DNA from: the human T2T-CHM13v2.0 reference genome, Homo sapiens
Direction of reading: 5' to 3'
Length of the DNA: 64,000 nt
Assembly: GCA_009914755.4 (NCBI GenBank)
Contig: CP086569.2
Location: forward strand, 22,304,001 to 22,368,000
In this document: piece by piece, positions 42,733 through 57,404 of the stretch
Numbering within the stretch: position 1 is the first letter of the stretch
How the letters are laid out: each line of letters starts with the position of its first letter
Position numbers and translations under genes: made by a program
The notes under the pieces: model-generated
Told to the model about the DNA's origin: nothing
Databases searched by the model: none
The model's input: only the letters and a program-made list of their open reading frames with translations

Positions 42733-43045
42733 TACACCTTTTTTTTTCTTTTTTTTTTTTTTTTTTTTTGAGATGGAGTCTCTCTCTGTCACCCAGGCTG
42801 GAGTGCAAATTTTGGCTCACTGCAAGCACCGCCTCCTGGGTTCACGCCATTCTCCTGCCTCAGCCTCCTGAGTAGCTGGAACTACCGACACCCACCACCA
42901 CGCCTGGCTAATTTTTTATATGTTTAGCAGAGACAGGGTTTCACCCTGTTAGCCAGGATGGTCTTGATCTCCTGAGCCCATGATCTGCCCACCTCGGCCT
43001 CCCAAAGTGCTGGGATTACAGGCATGAGCCACTGCACCCAGCTGC
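42733..43045 (-). mobile_element. Alu (S/Y-type) SINE, minus orientation
   Basis: Long poly-T then 'gagatggagtctctctctgtcacccaggctggagtgcaa...cctcggcctcccaaagtgctgggattacaggcatgagccactgcacccagc'. Confidence 0.9.
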
Positions 43046-45214
43046 CTTTTTTTTCCTGGCATAGTTGACTAAGGGAAAACACAAACATGCAGAAGTGAGG
43101 GGAAAGAGGGTGGATTTGTGGAATATAAGATGGTCAGAGGATCCATGCATGGACTTTCCGTCACTTGATGACCCAGAATATGGACACTGTTATTGATATT
43201 TGCATCTTTAGTTGGGCTAAGCTTTACTCCAAGATTATTATTAGGTGAGGAGCCAATAATGTATGTAGCTAACAGCATTACCAGCGCATTTGGAGCTCAT
43301 GCAAACCCTAGTGAGACTCTATTCTCCCCAGTGATTGGCACTGCAGATTGTTTCTGGAGCCCAGGGCCCTTTTATTCTCTGTGGCCTTTTCAGCATACCT
43401 TGCATAAGGTTAAGAATTTAAAGAGTGGGAATGGGGCAGCAGATTGGTGTGTGCACTCAGGGCAACTCAGATTGGGAAATGCATGGGGACTTGCCTACCA
43501 TTAGGTCATTTGAAAATGTCTTGCCGCAAATTTAATGCATAGGAAAAAGTTGAGGAAAGGATCTTGCAATGATTTTTCTAAGAGGTAAATAGATAAGGAA
43601 AATACGGTGAGTAGATGCCAGGTCTAGTTTCGGAGCTAGCCCGTTTTAAACTGGTAGTAGGGGAAGAGCTTTTCCCAAGGCAGGCAGCAAACCAGGAACT
43701 GTCTACAATGGACCGGCATGCCGTGGGCTGGTTACTCCGCCATATTGGCCACTCCAAAGAGTGAACATGGCTGACTGGGCTTCTTCCTCGAATCCTGCAT
43801 GCAGTTCAGTCTAGTGATTTCACATGAGCTCCATTGTTTAGGTATTATCAGAGATCGTGCTGAATTATACAGTCTGTCTAATCCTTCTTCCACTGAATAT
43901 CCATACACATGGGCCACAGATGCTAAGGTCACTGACAAATTTGCATTTGGCCTCAGTAACTCTGAAACACCTCTGTTATTTCTAGTGTCAGGGTCTTGGT
44001 GTTTTTTTCATGTTTAAACTGCCAAGTGTGTGTCTGTATTTGCGTGTTTATTTCTCGATGTGGCTTTGTATTTTTCTCTGACTCCACCTATGTCTCTGTC
44101 TGTCCCTATGTTTCCACACTGCCTGTTTTAATTTGTATACACCTATCTCTACAACTGTGCTAGACTTTGTATCTGTGTCTTTGAACATCTGTCACTGTCT
44201 CTCCCTTCCTTTGTTTCTTTCCTTCCCTTACACCCCTCCTTTCTTCCTTCCCTTCCTTTCCCATGCCCCTCTCTCCATCTGCATCATCTATCTTCCTATC
44301 CTTTATCTGAATTTAGTTTGTAATTCTGAATCTGTTGGCAGTGGCATCAGATTATTATTTTCATATCAGGGTGAAATTCCTCTTATAAAGACTCTCAGCT
44401 GAAGGAGATGAGTTCTTTTTGTGAGACATAATGAACCATTTATTTCAAGCCTATCTAGAAATGACAGTGTTAAAAAAAATAACTCGGCATTACAGCAAAG
44501 CCAAAAGTCACATGGATCCCACTCATCCCAATCAGTATATCCAAAAGGTGGAAAAGAGGAAAAGCGGGTTATGCCTGCGGTCTCCAAAGCAGAGAGAATT
44601 TTCAAGAGATTGTGTCAGATTATTCTCCAGGAGGCAGCTATAGTTCATAGGTATGTGTTGTGTAAACACGAGCGCGATGATGAACCAAAGAAAATGTACT
44701 TATCCCTATGTTTTTCTTTTGTATTATCATTTTAAGAAACATTGTGTATATAGAATTTCTTCATGACATGTCATAAACTATTGTTTAATGAACTCATATC
44801 TAAGTTATTCATTGTGTCAAACAATGTCAAGGAATCATGATTTGTTATGACCTGCTACAGATAGGTGATGTGAAATAGCAAAATGAGAGCATACAGAAAG
44901 GGCAGATCATGGTCTGAGAACCTCACCAAGAGGTTCAGGTGAGCTGAATGCATGTCAGGGATTCAGAAAAAGATATTTGTTATTATGGGCTTTGAAGCCA
45001 AAGGAAGTACTCTTTGTACATTCGTTTAACTCATTTGGGGAGTTTGGTTTATTATTTACACTGTTCTCTTTGCCCTTTCTCATTGTTTTCTCCAACTGGG
45101 GCTGTTACTATGTGAAAGCTGGTTTCTTTCATCAGATCTCATAGGCTCTCATGATGTTTCATTTATTTTTATTCTCCTCACACTACATAGTTTTAGTTTA
45201 CCCAATTTGACTCT

Positions 45215-45520
45215 TTTTTGTTGGTTTGTTTTCTGAGAATGAGTCTTACTCTGTCTCCTAGGTTGGAGAGCAGCACCATGATCTCAGCCCACTGCAGCCT
45301 GGACACCCCACACCCATGTGATCCTCTCAACTCAGACTCTCACATAGCTGGCACTACAGGTGCATGCTACCCCTCCCAGCTACATATTAATTAATTAATT
45401 ACTTTTTAGACATGGGCCCATGTTACCCCAAGTTGGTCTGGAACTCCTGAGTGCAGGCAGTCCTGCCACCTCACCTGTCAAAGTGCTGGGATTACAGGTG
45501 TGACCCAGGGCCCTGGCATG
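45215..45520 (-). mobile_element. Old Alu (AluJ-type) SINE, minus orientation
   Basis: Reads 'gagtcttactctgtctcctaggttggagagcagcaccatgatctcagcccactgcagcctgga...gctgggattacaggtgtgacccagggccctggc' with a (TAAT)n-like internal stretch. Confidence 0.8.
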
Positions 45521-45814
45521 GCTTTTTGAGTTTTTTGCTTTTTTCTTCTGCCTCCTCACATCTTCTTTTGAAACATGCAGTGAAGGTTTCAATTCATAGA
45601 CTATAGTCTCCAAGCCTGTAATTTCTATCTTTCAGTTGATCATCTACATTGGGATTTATTTTTATTTTTATGTATATGTTTTAACTTACCAAACGACATT
45701 GCATTCTTTCCTGTGTCATGAAAAATACATTGATACAGATAGAAAGGAATAGCACTTCTTTATAATACAATACTTTATTGACATTTATTCTCTTAAGGTA
45801 TTTAAAATTTTATG

Positions 45815-47455
45815 TTTATTTTTTTAATTGTCATATGAAATGATACATATTTATAATTTAAGGGGTGACTTTCAAAAGGTCATATGTGTTATGCATGAGA
45901 TACATCCAGCTGATCAGCACATGCATGATCTCACCTACTTGTCATTTTTGAGGTGATAAAACTCGACATGCACTGTCTTAGAATTTTGTAGAGGAAGTAT
46001 GCATTATCACTAGTTATAGTCAGCATGCTGTAGAAAAGTTTTTAACCTATTCCTCCTTTCTAATTAGAAATATGTATTATTGATCCAACATCCTCTTCAC
46101 TAAACACCACCCCACCAGTGGAGTCACTACTGCTGTGAGGTCCGCTTTTTAGATTTCATGTAAGAATGAGGTCATGTGTTATTTGCCTTTCTGATATATG
46201 GCTTATGTCACTTAACAAAATGGCATGCATACATTCAGCAGATTCAGACATACTGTCACAACTGGCTATAGCGAAACTGTAAAAAGTGCAGCAGTAATTG
46301 CATGTGTGCATGCACCGCTTCAACATGCTGATTTGTGTACTTCTGGGTGTGCCCCGGTATTCTGATTTGCTGCATCACATGGTGGGTGGTTCTACTTGTA
46401 GACTTCTGAAGAGCTTTTATACTTAAATAAAAGCCATAAAGTTTCTTGTAATGCCTGCACTAATTTACATTCTCACCAAAAGTGTGCAAGGATTTCCTTT
46501 TCTCTGCATCCTCACCAGAAATGAGGTGGTCTTTTTTTTTGTTTTTTGTTTTTTTTGTCTTTTGGATAATAGGCATTCTGACTGAAGTGAGATGAAATAT
46601 CACTGTGGTTTTTATTTGCATTTTCCTGATGCATTAGGGATGATGAGCGCTTTTTACTGTGTCTTCTGGGCAGCCGTATGTCTTAGTTTCACAAATGACT
46701 ATTCACATCCTTAGTCCATTTGTTTTCATGCTATTGAGTTGTTGGAGTTCCTTATGTACTGTAAATATTCACCCATTAACAGATGTATGGTGATCCAATA
46801 ATTTTTCCCATCCTATAAGATGTCCCTTCCCTCTGTTTAGTTTCCTGTGGTGTGCTGAAGCACTTTAGATTGATATAACCCTATTCTCTATTTTTCATAG
46901 TGTTTACTTTGCTCTTGAAGTCACTTTGAGACCATCATTGCCCATACCAATGTCATGGAGCTTCTTCCTTGTGTTTTATTCTGGTATTTTTATCATTTTA
47001 GGTCTGACATTGGAGTTTGGTGAGAAATAATCTACTTTTAAAATCCTTTATGTGGACATTCAGGTTTTACCCAACCTAGTTTATAGAAGATATTCGATTT
47101 TCCATTGGGTGTTCTTGCTTCTTTGGGAAAACGTCGTGAGCTGCAAACGCAGTGAGTTAGTTCTGGGCCCTGATTGTTTTTAATAAGCTCATGTCTCTCC
47201 TTTTCTGTCAGTATTGTTCTATTTTGGTACGTAAAACTTTGTTATATATTGTGAAGTTAGGTAGTGTGATACCTCGAGATTTGTGCTTTTTACTGGATTG
47301 CTCTGGTTCTTCAGGATCCTCTGCCATTTCATAGCAAATGGAGGATTCTCAGATTGTTTTTCTATGAAGAATGGGTCATTGATATTTTTACAGGGGTTGT
47401 ATAGAATCTGTAGATCACTTAGGTAGTGATGATGTCAATCACATTTAGACAATGT
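45815..47455 (-). mobile_element. L1 (L1M-type) ORF2/3' fragment, minus orientation; paralogous copy of the L1 at 1-1425
   Basis: The reverse complement aligns at about 92% to 1-276 plus 579-1425, including the same atypical A-rich replacement ('aaaagacaaaaaaaacaaaaaacaaaaaaaaagaccacctcatttctggtgaggatgcagagaaaagg') and the same derived 'ctcatttctg' state. It lacks the AluY present at 277-578. Confidence 0.8.
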
Positions 47456-48925
47456 GTGTCTGTGTGCACAGGCTCAGGGCCAAGAGACACTGGGTGTCAT
47501 CACCAATAGTGAGATGGGCCTTAATGTCCAGCCAGATTTCCTTCCTGGACACACACAGAAGGTCCCCTTCCATTTTGCCATCTCTTCACATTTCCTCCCC
47601 AGTGAACCCTGTGTGGTCCTCCAGATTGCCTGTGTGATGGCCTGTCTTTTCTGAGGGTGGGCAGGGGCTGAGTGAATGAGCATGGCAGAGGGGCAAAAGC
47701 ATGTCAGCAGAGCCTGGAATCATCGAAACGGAACTTGACAGACCTGGGAGAGCCATTCTGGGAGGGTGTAGACCGAGACAGACCTCAGGTGGGCAACTGT
47801 GTGGAGGGTGAGAGCACCCTGGTTGAGTTCAAACTGAGCCTCAGGTGGTAGCAGGCCTCAGGGCAGGGAAGCGAGATTACAAGGGATAATGAGGCAGCTA
47901 TCCCTTGAGCCTGGCTTCTCACCCATTGACCTTAGTTACTTATGCCTCTTAAGCAGCTTAGGGTTCCCCAATCCTGAAATGTGGGTACTACAGTTCCCTG
48001 ATGGGCCTTTCTCCCCCAGCCCATGCATGGTCTGAGTATGCTTACCGCAGTCTCCTCCCTGAGCCTTGGCTTCACTATGTGTCCTAGCTCCAGGACCCAC
48101 AGGCCTCTCATCCCCCAGCCCTGGGCTGCTCCCCAGCCTCCTCTCTGTTCCCTCTCTGAGGGCCTAACTCCCTTGGGTAGTGCTGCATGAGATTGAGCCA
48201 CGGGCCCTGGCTGATGATCTGGGGGACTGGGCAAAGTGGTCATGACAGGTCAGGTTCTGGTTCAAAGCCAATTCCTCCGACACCAAGCAATGACCAGCAA
48301 GGTCCTTTCCCATGATGCCCCACCGCCACCCCACCTCAGCAACCCTTCATACCCTGGGCAGTCACCATCAGCCAACCAGCTGAAGAAACTCAGTTAGGTG
48401 TATCCTGCCTGAAACTGGGGCCTTCACTTGCATAACCCTAGAACCACTGGACACAGTGGAGCCAGTCACCCTCTATCCTGGAGCGAGAGGAGTTGGGAAG
48501 GCTCATGCCAAACCTAGCTTCCCACATACCACCCCCTCTACCATGCGGGGAGGCACTCCTTATTGAGAATTCCAATGCAGTACTCCTTAATGATCACTTC
48601 GTTGCAGAAGTAAATGTTGCGATGAAAGGCAAACTTCATCCTTCCACCAGTACTCAGGATGGCTGAGTTCCTCCACCTGCCTGTCCAAGAAGGAGAAAGA
48701 GGATAGTCAAGGGACAGTTTCATCTAGGTGGGCTGAGGTGGCCTGCTAGCTGGGGTGAAGCATGTGTTTCCCCTTCCCAGCTCTCCCACTGAGACACCCC
48801 CATGCTCCAGGAGGACCTCAACCTGACCAGGACCTTGGAACCCTCCCCAAGACCCAGGCTTCCCATCCTGACCTGCAAATCCATCATGTGGCTTTGCAGG
48901 ACTTCCTCATGGTTTCTGAGCTACT
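47410..48925. repeat. Copy B of the ~1.5-kb direct duplication (partner 35500-37055)
   Basis: Colinear with copy A at about 80% identity over ~1.5 kb. Confidence 0.7.
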
Positions 48926-51829
48926 TGCTCTCACCAGAAATAACCATAACTTTTAAACTGTTCTTTATGTCAAATTAAATTTTTCATTTTTACTACCTCA
49001 TGTGTTGGATGAGGCACATATTTTTAAATTTATTTTCACCCTTATTGTACCTCTGTGATAAACAGTTTACTAACATTCATACCATAATTATCTTTCAGTT
49101 TTACTTGTCTGTTCCTAAAGATTCACTGACACTAAGAATTCTATTTATGCTTGTCTCTTTCAGCAACCATATGTCAGATAATGATGCATATTACTGCAGA
49201 AATCACATATACAGGTCCAAAGGGAGATGAAGAAGAAGAAAGTAAGCTTTAAAGTCCATACATTCCGCATACTGCATCAGAATCATAGTGAAATCAAAGA
49301 ATGATCACAGTCAATTCCATCTCATATCTACACTAAAATGTGAAACTTCAAAAGAAAAGAAAGTTAAGAACTTTTGGCTTGTAAAAATTTTCCTATATAT
49401 ATAAAATTATTGGTAACCCTATCTCACTAGAAAATATAAATAAAAATCCATGTTTTGTATATGTGTAAATATAAATATTTTTATTTCCATCAGTTATGAC
49501 ACACAAGCAAGTAGTAAAGCAAAAGTACAATACAATGATATATAGAAATTTCTGTCTCAAAATATTCAGTTGAGACTACTAATATTATGAAAACCATAAA
49601 GAATGCTTCATGAAACTACATTATACATTACTTTTTAGTATATTAGTTATGTTTTAAATAAACGGCAAATTAAAGGGAATTCTTCAACATTATTTATTAC
49701 TAGTACCGTTTATGTACTTGAGTAATCCTTTTGAAATTAAGTATTTAAATAAAACATTAAAAACAAATTATATTTACTGATTTCAGCTTTTGATGAAATC
49801 ATGTCTGTTTGTAGTAATGTGAAGTATAACTTTCTCCCCACAATTAATCTTTTATGACACCCTTGTTATTGTTTGCTCTGATACAAACACTGTGATATCT
49901 CATGGCTTTAATGTACCATATATTACATGCCTCCAGAGAGTAGGCTTCAGACAGTTGGAAAAATTACATTTGTGACAAAATTCTAGGAAAGAATGGTAAA
50001 ATGGGAGAATAATTTCTAATTGTTGGTTAATGGATTTGTATATATTTAGATATAGACACATATTTGCACATGGCAAGTTTGCATATGTACATATAAATTT
50101 ATATGACATACACGTAATATATGGCTTGTGCAATCTTTTAATTCACAATTTTATATGTTTGAAATTTGATAAGCGGTTACCTTAGCTATACTCAATTTGA
50201 TGGAAAGCCAACACAATCTCTGTGAACATTCATTTTAATTAATCCAATAATGTTAACTGCTGATAGCTTCATTCTCCTTGTTAGTTGTTGGCAACCGGAA
50301 GGTTGATTCTCACTCTAATTACCTCTCAGGGTGAGATCCACAAGAGACTGTCACCTTGCTGTGCGTTGTGACCTCTGACTCCTCCTCTTTTTTCCTATAG
50401 CAGTCTTACCATTGCATATTTAATAAACTTTGTACATGGTTAAAAGGATAAAAGTTTAGTGAAATATCAAGCCATGCTGTCAAATGTTCCATTGTTTCTA
50501 TATCTCTAATTGACCTTTCATATTATAGAGGACAAGAAAAATAATTTAGTAGGTTTCTTAGTATCCAGTCCAGTGCACTGTTTCTTACTAATACGCCAAA
50601 ACCATCCCTTCAAGGCACAGACATTTAAACACAGCTGGACATCTCAAAATCTCTTCTCATTAATAACCAGGATGTTAATCACTGTTGCCCAGAACTGGAA
50701 TCTGACTGTGAAATCCCTGGGTGGAAATTGCTCTAATATCTCAAACTATGGGAATGACTATTTCTCGGCATAATTACTGCTGCCATCTTGCTGAAACATA
50801 TCACATTAGATGGCACCTTTTAGTTACATAAATCCTGTTATTAATTTTTAATGTCTCACATTTATATGATATTGCACAAGTAAAGAACTTTGATAACTTA
50901 AATGGTTAACTGAGCAATGGTTAACTAAAACAACTCACAGGAATTCAGACATTCATTTACTTACTAGGAGTTCCATACATCATTAACTTCTGATTAAAAC
51001 AAAGTTGGGAAATTGGTTACTAAAGTATGTATTTCAGGGTATTTTAAGAAACTACCCATGCCATATAGGATGCCTCACCTGCAGGGATAAAGCTTTAGCA
51101 TAAATGTTTGAAAGCAAAAAAAATCTGAACAATACTGGCAACATGGCATCCCAATCGTGTGATCAAGTGCATATTTGTGCATCTAAGGAGGCAACTTAAA
51201 TGATGTATAATAATACCATCTTCATCCACCCCAGTACCTCTTTTATTTAAAACTAACAAATGTTTCACTATTTGCAAGAAAAAAATGAGTTCTTACTCTT
51301 TTGTGTAATTGGTATTTCTACTGAGTTGTTTTAATCTTCCTATGAACTGTGAATGCTTACTAACTTTATCGGTAAAGTGAGAATGCAACTGTACTTAGCT
51401 CGTAATACTATACTGAGATAATATGACTCAAGAAATATAGATTTGCCTAGATAACACCTGGGATGTACTAAGCAACACATAATTCTTCTCATATCAATTG
51501 CCTATCATAATTCTTCAAATATATGGCCATAATAAAAATACAGGTGTTTTATATATAAAATAAATGTCTTTTGTCCTTAATATCTCTCTACATTTGCCTT
51601 CATAACCTCAACACAAAACACCCAGGGAATCCGTTTTCAGCTGAGCTGACTAGCAGTTATTAGGGTTTAAACAAACAGAATAAAGATTTCAAAAGTAGAT
51701 GACTAGATACAAGAAATCACACTTTTACCATAAAAATAATTTTTCTCAAGCTACTGCAACTGCAAACTTGAAAAAAAATTAAGTCTAACATATTGCAGCA
51801 TTCTAAAATCTAAAATTTCCTCTTTGAGA

Positions 51830-52120
51830 TCCAGTGGTTCATGCCTGGAATCCCAGCTTTTTTGGTGGCTGAGAAGGGAGGACTCTTTGAAGCCCAGAGT
51901 TGGAGACCAGCCTAGGCAACCTAGTAAGACCTAACTCTACAAAAGTAATTAATTAATTAATTAATTAATTAGGGCATTATGACACACATCTGTTGTTCTA
52001 GTTAGGAGCTCAAGGTTGCAGTGGGCACTGATGGCACACTGCACTTCAGCCTGGGCCACAGGGCAAGAATTTGTCTCTAAAAAAATACAATAAAACAAAA
52101 CAAAACAAAACAAAAACACT
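51830..52120 (+). mobile_element. Old Alu SINE with an internal (TAAT)n expansion and a (CAAAA)n tail
   Basis: Reads 'ccagtggttcatgcctggaatcccagc...ggagaccagcctaggcaac...gcagtgggcactgatggcacactgcacttcagcctgggccacagggcaagaatttgtctc'. Confidence 0.75.
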
Positions 52121-53035
52121 TTCAGGTGTTTTTTGGAAGTTTGTATAATTGCTCCAAAAGCATAGACATTGTTTAAAGTTGAGCAGTTCATGAGGAATGG
52201 GCAGAGAAAATTGTTTATATTTTTTTCCAAAAATCAGGATAAATGTCAGAATATTATGTATAAATATCTAATAATCCTTTGTAAAATAAATACTGACAAA
52301 TGTCAAGCCATTATCTTTATAGTCTTTTCCTTCAAAACATTCATAGCTTAATTGGAGAATGAAGAGAAGAACAATAATTGCAATGTACTGTGACAAGTGT
52401 TACAACATATTTAGTAACTTAGTAGGAGAGGAAGAAAGTTCTTAACTGGGTTTAGAGGGGTTTTGGGAACCTTCTTAGGGTAGGAACAATCTACTAGATC
52501 TGTAAGAATACAAATTTGCAAGAAGAATGTTTGGGGTAAAAACACTGTGGGAGAAAAGAAATATTTTTTCTGTCAATGATAGAAGCACTAACAGACCATA
52601 TGATGCCATCCGCCCAAATATTAGACCATACTAGCTCAATAAATATTTCTTGAATGAATCAATGAATGAAAGATATTGGGAAAGGGTCCTGGAAGGGATT
52701 TTAAAAATCCTAAAGGGAAAAGTAAATACCCTTGACGTTACAATTTTGCCATTTTTGCTTTGTGTCCTTGTTATGATTACTACTGCATAAGCTCTGATTT
52801 ACTTTTTTCAGTCTTCACAAATATCATGCATGAATAGTTCCTCATACTACTCCTCTCTTGATCCTCTGATATTATATTTTTCTCTGATATTCCTTTGTGT
52901 GTGCTGGGTTTATATGCCCATAAATACATCAATCGCTCTCATGGCACTGTTTGGTAATAGAGAGGCCTAGCCCCTGGGAGACGTGGTTCCTAGGCTCCCA
53001 TAAAAATTACTTCCTGTTTCAGTTCAGTCGTGGGG

Positions 53036-53147
53036 TGACACTGCAGAGATTAGAGAACAAGAAGAGGAGATAAGTCAGTTTGTGTCCAGGGGAGACACTG
53101 CAGAGTTTGGAGAACAAGAAGAGGAGAGAAGCCAGTTTGTGTCCCTC
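53036..53147. repeat. Local tandem duplication of a ~56-bp unit, two copies
   Basis: Reads 'gacactgcagagattagagaacaagaagaggagataagtcagtttgtgtccagggga' followed by 'gacactgcagagtttggagaacaagaagaggagagaagccagtttgtgtccc'. Confidence 0.85.
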
Positions 53148-53379
53148 TCCTTCTCTGTAGGGAATATGTTTCCGCAGTGATTCCATGGCCTGCAGGAGAA
53201 GCTCTCTGTGTTTCCATTTCCTATACCCTAACCCTAGACTCTTCTAATGCCATTTCCTCCAATAGTCTTCTCTAAAGAATTTGGGTATTACTATTGGAGA
53301 TTTAAATTAAAACTATTGATATGGAAGGGAAGGCAGGCAAGTGCTGGGTAGAGCACGGCCTGGTCCTTGGCTAGGGCTC

Positions 53380-53900
53380 CACCCTCAGGCCTGTGCTCAC
53401 TGACCTAGGTGAGGACGCGCACTTCTGTTTTCTTGCCCAAATGTTGCATTTCCGAAGACCACCCTGGCCTGCCACACCTCCATCCTGTGATAAAAGAAAC
53501 CCCGAGACCCCAGTAGGCATTGACACAGCAGCTGGGCGTCGAGAGGAACCATCAGCAGAAAAAGACACAGCAACTGGACCTCGAGAAGACACTGGAGGAA
53601 GAAGAGCACAAAGACAGAGGCGGCAGACAATCCACCGCAGAAGAACACGGAGTTCTGCCCGGCTGTGGAAGGACAGTCCTAAGCTGCCTCATTCCAAGGG
53701 AAACCACTTTCCTGCTCCATTTCCCTTCTGGGTCCCCATCTGTCTGTTGAGAACTTCCACTCAATGAAACCTGCACTTATTCTCTAAGCCCACGTGTGAA
53801 CCATTTCTTCAGGTTCACCAAGGCAAGAAACCCCTGAATTGAGATAGCTCTCTGTCTTTCCAGTAAGACAGGGTGTCTGATGGAGCTGACTAACACAAGC
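53380..53900 (+). repeat. Possible solo LTR or ERV-derived fragment; low confidence
   Basis: Moderately GC-rich block ending with an R-region-like 'ccactcaatgaaacctgcacttattctctaagcccacgtgtgaacc', which resembles the 'ccactcaataaa...' polyadenylation context of several ERV LTRs. No flanking internal retroviral sequence. Confidence 0.3.
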
Positions 53901-56900
53901 CACCTACAGATGGATAAACTAAAACAACACCGTGTAACACATGACCGCTGGGGATTCTGGAGCTGTGAACATTTATCCCTAGATACTGCCTGGGATCAGA
54001 GCCCCACAACCTGTCCTCATTGCACGCCCAGTGGGGGAGGGGAGACAAGGGACGTTTTCTCATTTCAATATGAGTCTGTTTCCAATGCAGCGTGCTTTCT
54101 ATAATCCTGCAGTATTACCTCATTGCATATATTTGACAAAATAAGTTACAAACTATAAGTAATGTGAGAAGAAAATAAATGCTGGAGAATAAGGAAAACA
54201 ATGAAACTTTGTGTCAGTAAGGAATGTTTTTTACTTCATACAACAGAAAAAGTAAACATGAATTAAACCAACAGGGATTTCTAGTTTTCACTTGTGAAGT
54301 AGCCATAGTTAGAGAGTTGCTGCCTTTAATCAGTTGCTCTGCTGCATGGTAGTAGCAGAGAATTTTTTGGCTTTCTCTAAGGTGAAATCTAGCTGAAATT
54401 CAACACCATGCTGGCTCCAGTTGTTCCTAGCCAGCTTTGCCCACACCCTGGTTTTCCACAGTCTTATCAAGTCCTAGTTTATGCAGCTATTTTAATAGTG
54501 TATTTTTGTTAGTCATGTGAAACAGCTGCCTGAGATTTTCTATGCTCCTGCAGTCACCTAGTATTTTTCCTGTCTCAAATTACGTGCCTTGCTCACTTTT
54601 TTCCTCAGGACACTATAGGATGTTCCTTAGTTAATTTTTTTTAAAGAGAATTGTTACACCAGTTTCATTTCCCTCAAATACTTCTGAGAATTTCTGAGAA
54701 ACTTACACAAGTCTCAGCTAAACACCTGGCACTAGACCACTGCCCATTCAGCTGCCTGTTACTGACTTCTTTCGTTGGATAAGATTCCCCCGGCAGCAAC
54801 TGCCTGTGTCCTCCCACCTCCACTTGGTGTCCTTTAGACCAACATCTAATGTTTTAACTCTTAGATATAGCATAAAGCGTTTATAGGATACAAAACAACA
54901 ATCAGATACAAAAGATTGAGTCATTCTTTTTTAAACTCTTATTTTACTTTATAGTTTGTCTTATCGGAAATTAGAGACCCAGAGAGTAGAAACAGTGCTT
55001 CCTCTTCATCTACCCTAATGCATCTCAAACGTGTCTCATGACTTGCTTTGTATGAGATGTCCATGTATGAGTTCCCATAAAATGTTGCATAATTTATACA
55101 TGCAAATGGTCCTACAAAACATTACTAATTTTTAAAGATAAATCCACATTCAAAAGTAAAGATTTTCAAAACCAGAAATAATTTACAGAAATGCTACATA
55201 TTGTAGCATAATTATCATAATGTGGAAATGGAAATTCAGACAAGCTTTCACATTGTTACTGAGAGTACTTTTTCTTGAAGACCTATAGTTCTGGCTATCT
55301 GCGTTCCAGGAATATTTTTATTATTTTTTAACCACCTCATAACCAAATGGCCCACAAGGTTAGATTTTTCATGATAGAGTGTTTGACTAAAGAGTCAAAA
55401 GCTCTTGCAACAGAGAACATCCTTAGCAATTAGTTGACCAAAGTCTCAAAGTTCCCAAGGCCAATCCTTAGGGTTCAATCTCAGACTGTCACAGTGTTTT
55501 CTGTAGAACACTGGCTTTAAGTAGGCAGCAATTTTCACATTTATAATCTATTGGTGGAAAGTCTGGTCCTAAAGTAAGAGTAGCAGATGTAACTCTCCTT
55601 TCATGACAAGTTTGACACTCAGGAGATGATAAACTTATAGGAAAAAAATGGCTTTCTCCATTTTCCAGATGAAATTAGAGTAAATATATGAACAATATTT
55701 CAAAACATTCTAGAAAAAATTAAAGAAGAATATATTAGAAAACAAAACTTTAGCCAGTATCAGTCTTTGACAACAAAGTTAACCATTTTACCTATACAGT
55801 ATAAATGTATTTACAAATAAAGCGTATGCAGAGGGAGATGTTTCTTGCATTGTATAAACTTTCTCCAGTCATATCCTAGGCACTCGTTTAAAATAGGTCA
55901 TTGATTGAGTTACAACTATAACCTTAATGCAAATAATACAGTAGAAAGTTTTTTAAAACAGAACACATGTACACATTTGTTGGTCTTCCAGTTGTACTGT
56001 TTCTTTTGTATGCATGTGTGTATGTCTATGTAATTTTATATAGTTATAGAGAATTGATTTCATGCAAGTAATTCGAAAGTAACCAGATTTCCTTTGTAAT
56101 AAAAAGGAAAATGATTAATTGAAATTTTAGTTGAAGAGTAAAACTGTGTAAGAATTTATCCTTCTCAGGGAAAAGAAGTGTTGTGCTTTGCAGACTGAAA
56201 GAGTTCTTTCCTGAGTAAGCCAGTGTTGGTATTTACTGCAGAAATAGATTTGTTTTCGTAGACCCCTGTAGCCAGCTACCTGCAGAGAAGGAAATCCTGC
56301 TACAGAGAATTATAAATAGAATAGTTAAATATTCTTTCATTTGGGTGAAGCTTTCACATATGATATTCTTTTATATTCAGCATAATTATAAGCATTTAGT
56401 TTTAATGCACTTTCCAAAAAACTAAATTTATTATAAAAATTAACAAGATAATTGTATATCCCTCATTTAAAATTTTTAGCCTATTCAAATCTAAGAAGTC
56501 CACTCTGGAATACATGAAAATAAGATATGAAATGAATAAGAAAAGAAAATACAGCAGAATGTACCAGATGTTTTTCATGTGTTGGATGTACATATGTCTG
56601 TTAGCTTTTAGTGGCAGACAGAGTGCAGTCTACATAATTTTATTCATAGTAGATGCCTATGCATCATATAGTCACAGATAAATATTATTTCTCTGAAGAT
56701 TTAAATAGAAAGCTAGGAAAACACACCACGGCACATATGCTGAATTACATTTAAGCAAAAGTGAATTATACAGTTAAATGATATCTTCAAGGAGCTTCTG
56801 ATGACTCTCTCACTCAGTAGTTTAGGGATTAATTAAAGTTCCTAGGCTCTTTCAAACTTAGAAACACTGTGTAAGTGCTATGCATTATCATGGTAAAACG

Positions 56901-57404
56901 AGAGTGAAGCATAAGTGATTTGCAGCCTCACAGGCTCTTTGAAATGTGTGTCTAGCCTGATGGACAGTTTTTACCAACAGTGTTGGAAAGTGCTTATCAG
57001 ATTTGAAGATGAAATTTGCTCCATTAAAATTGTGCTAATCTGCCAAAGCAATCTTTGTTCTATATATATGTAGAGTGATGTTTCTCAAAATAGAAGAAAA
57101 CTTGGAATATGATTTCAAAGGTAATGTAATAAGGTAGAATTTTGACATCAGTTGTAACTTGTCTATTCTCGTTTCATTGACTCAGCTGTTGCTCTTTTAA
57201 TTAGTGCAACTAAAGTCTAGTTAATTTGCATAAAGGTAGCCATCCCATTTTTATACTTTTAAAGACACTCAGGAGACTTTTCACTGTTTCCATAAAGCTT
57301 ATATAGATTTTATTAGCATGTTTCAATTATGTAGCACTGCAATAATGTCAATTCTATAATGTAATATATCATTTCCTTTAATAATGTTTTTTTATTTTTA
57401 TTTC

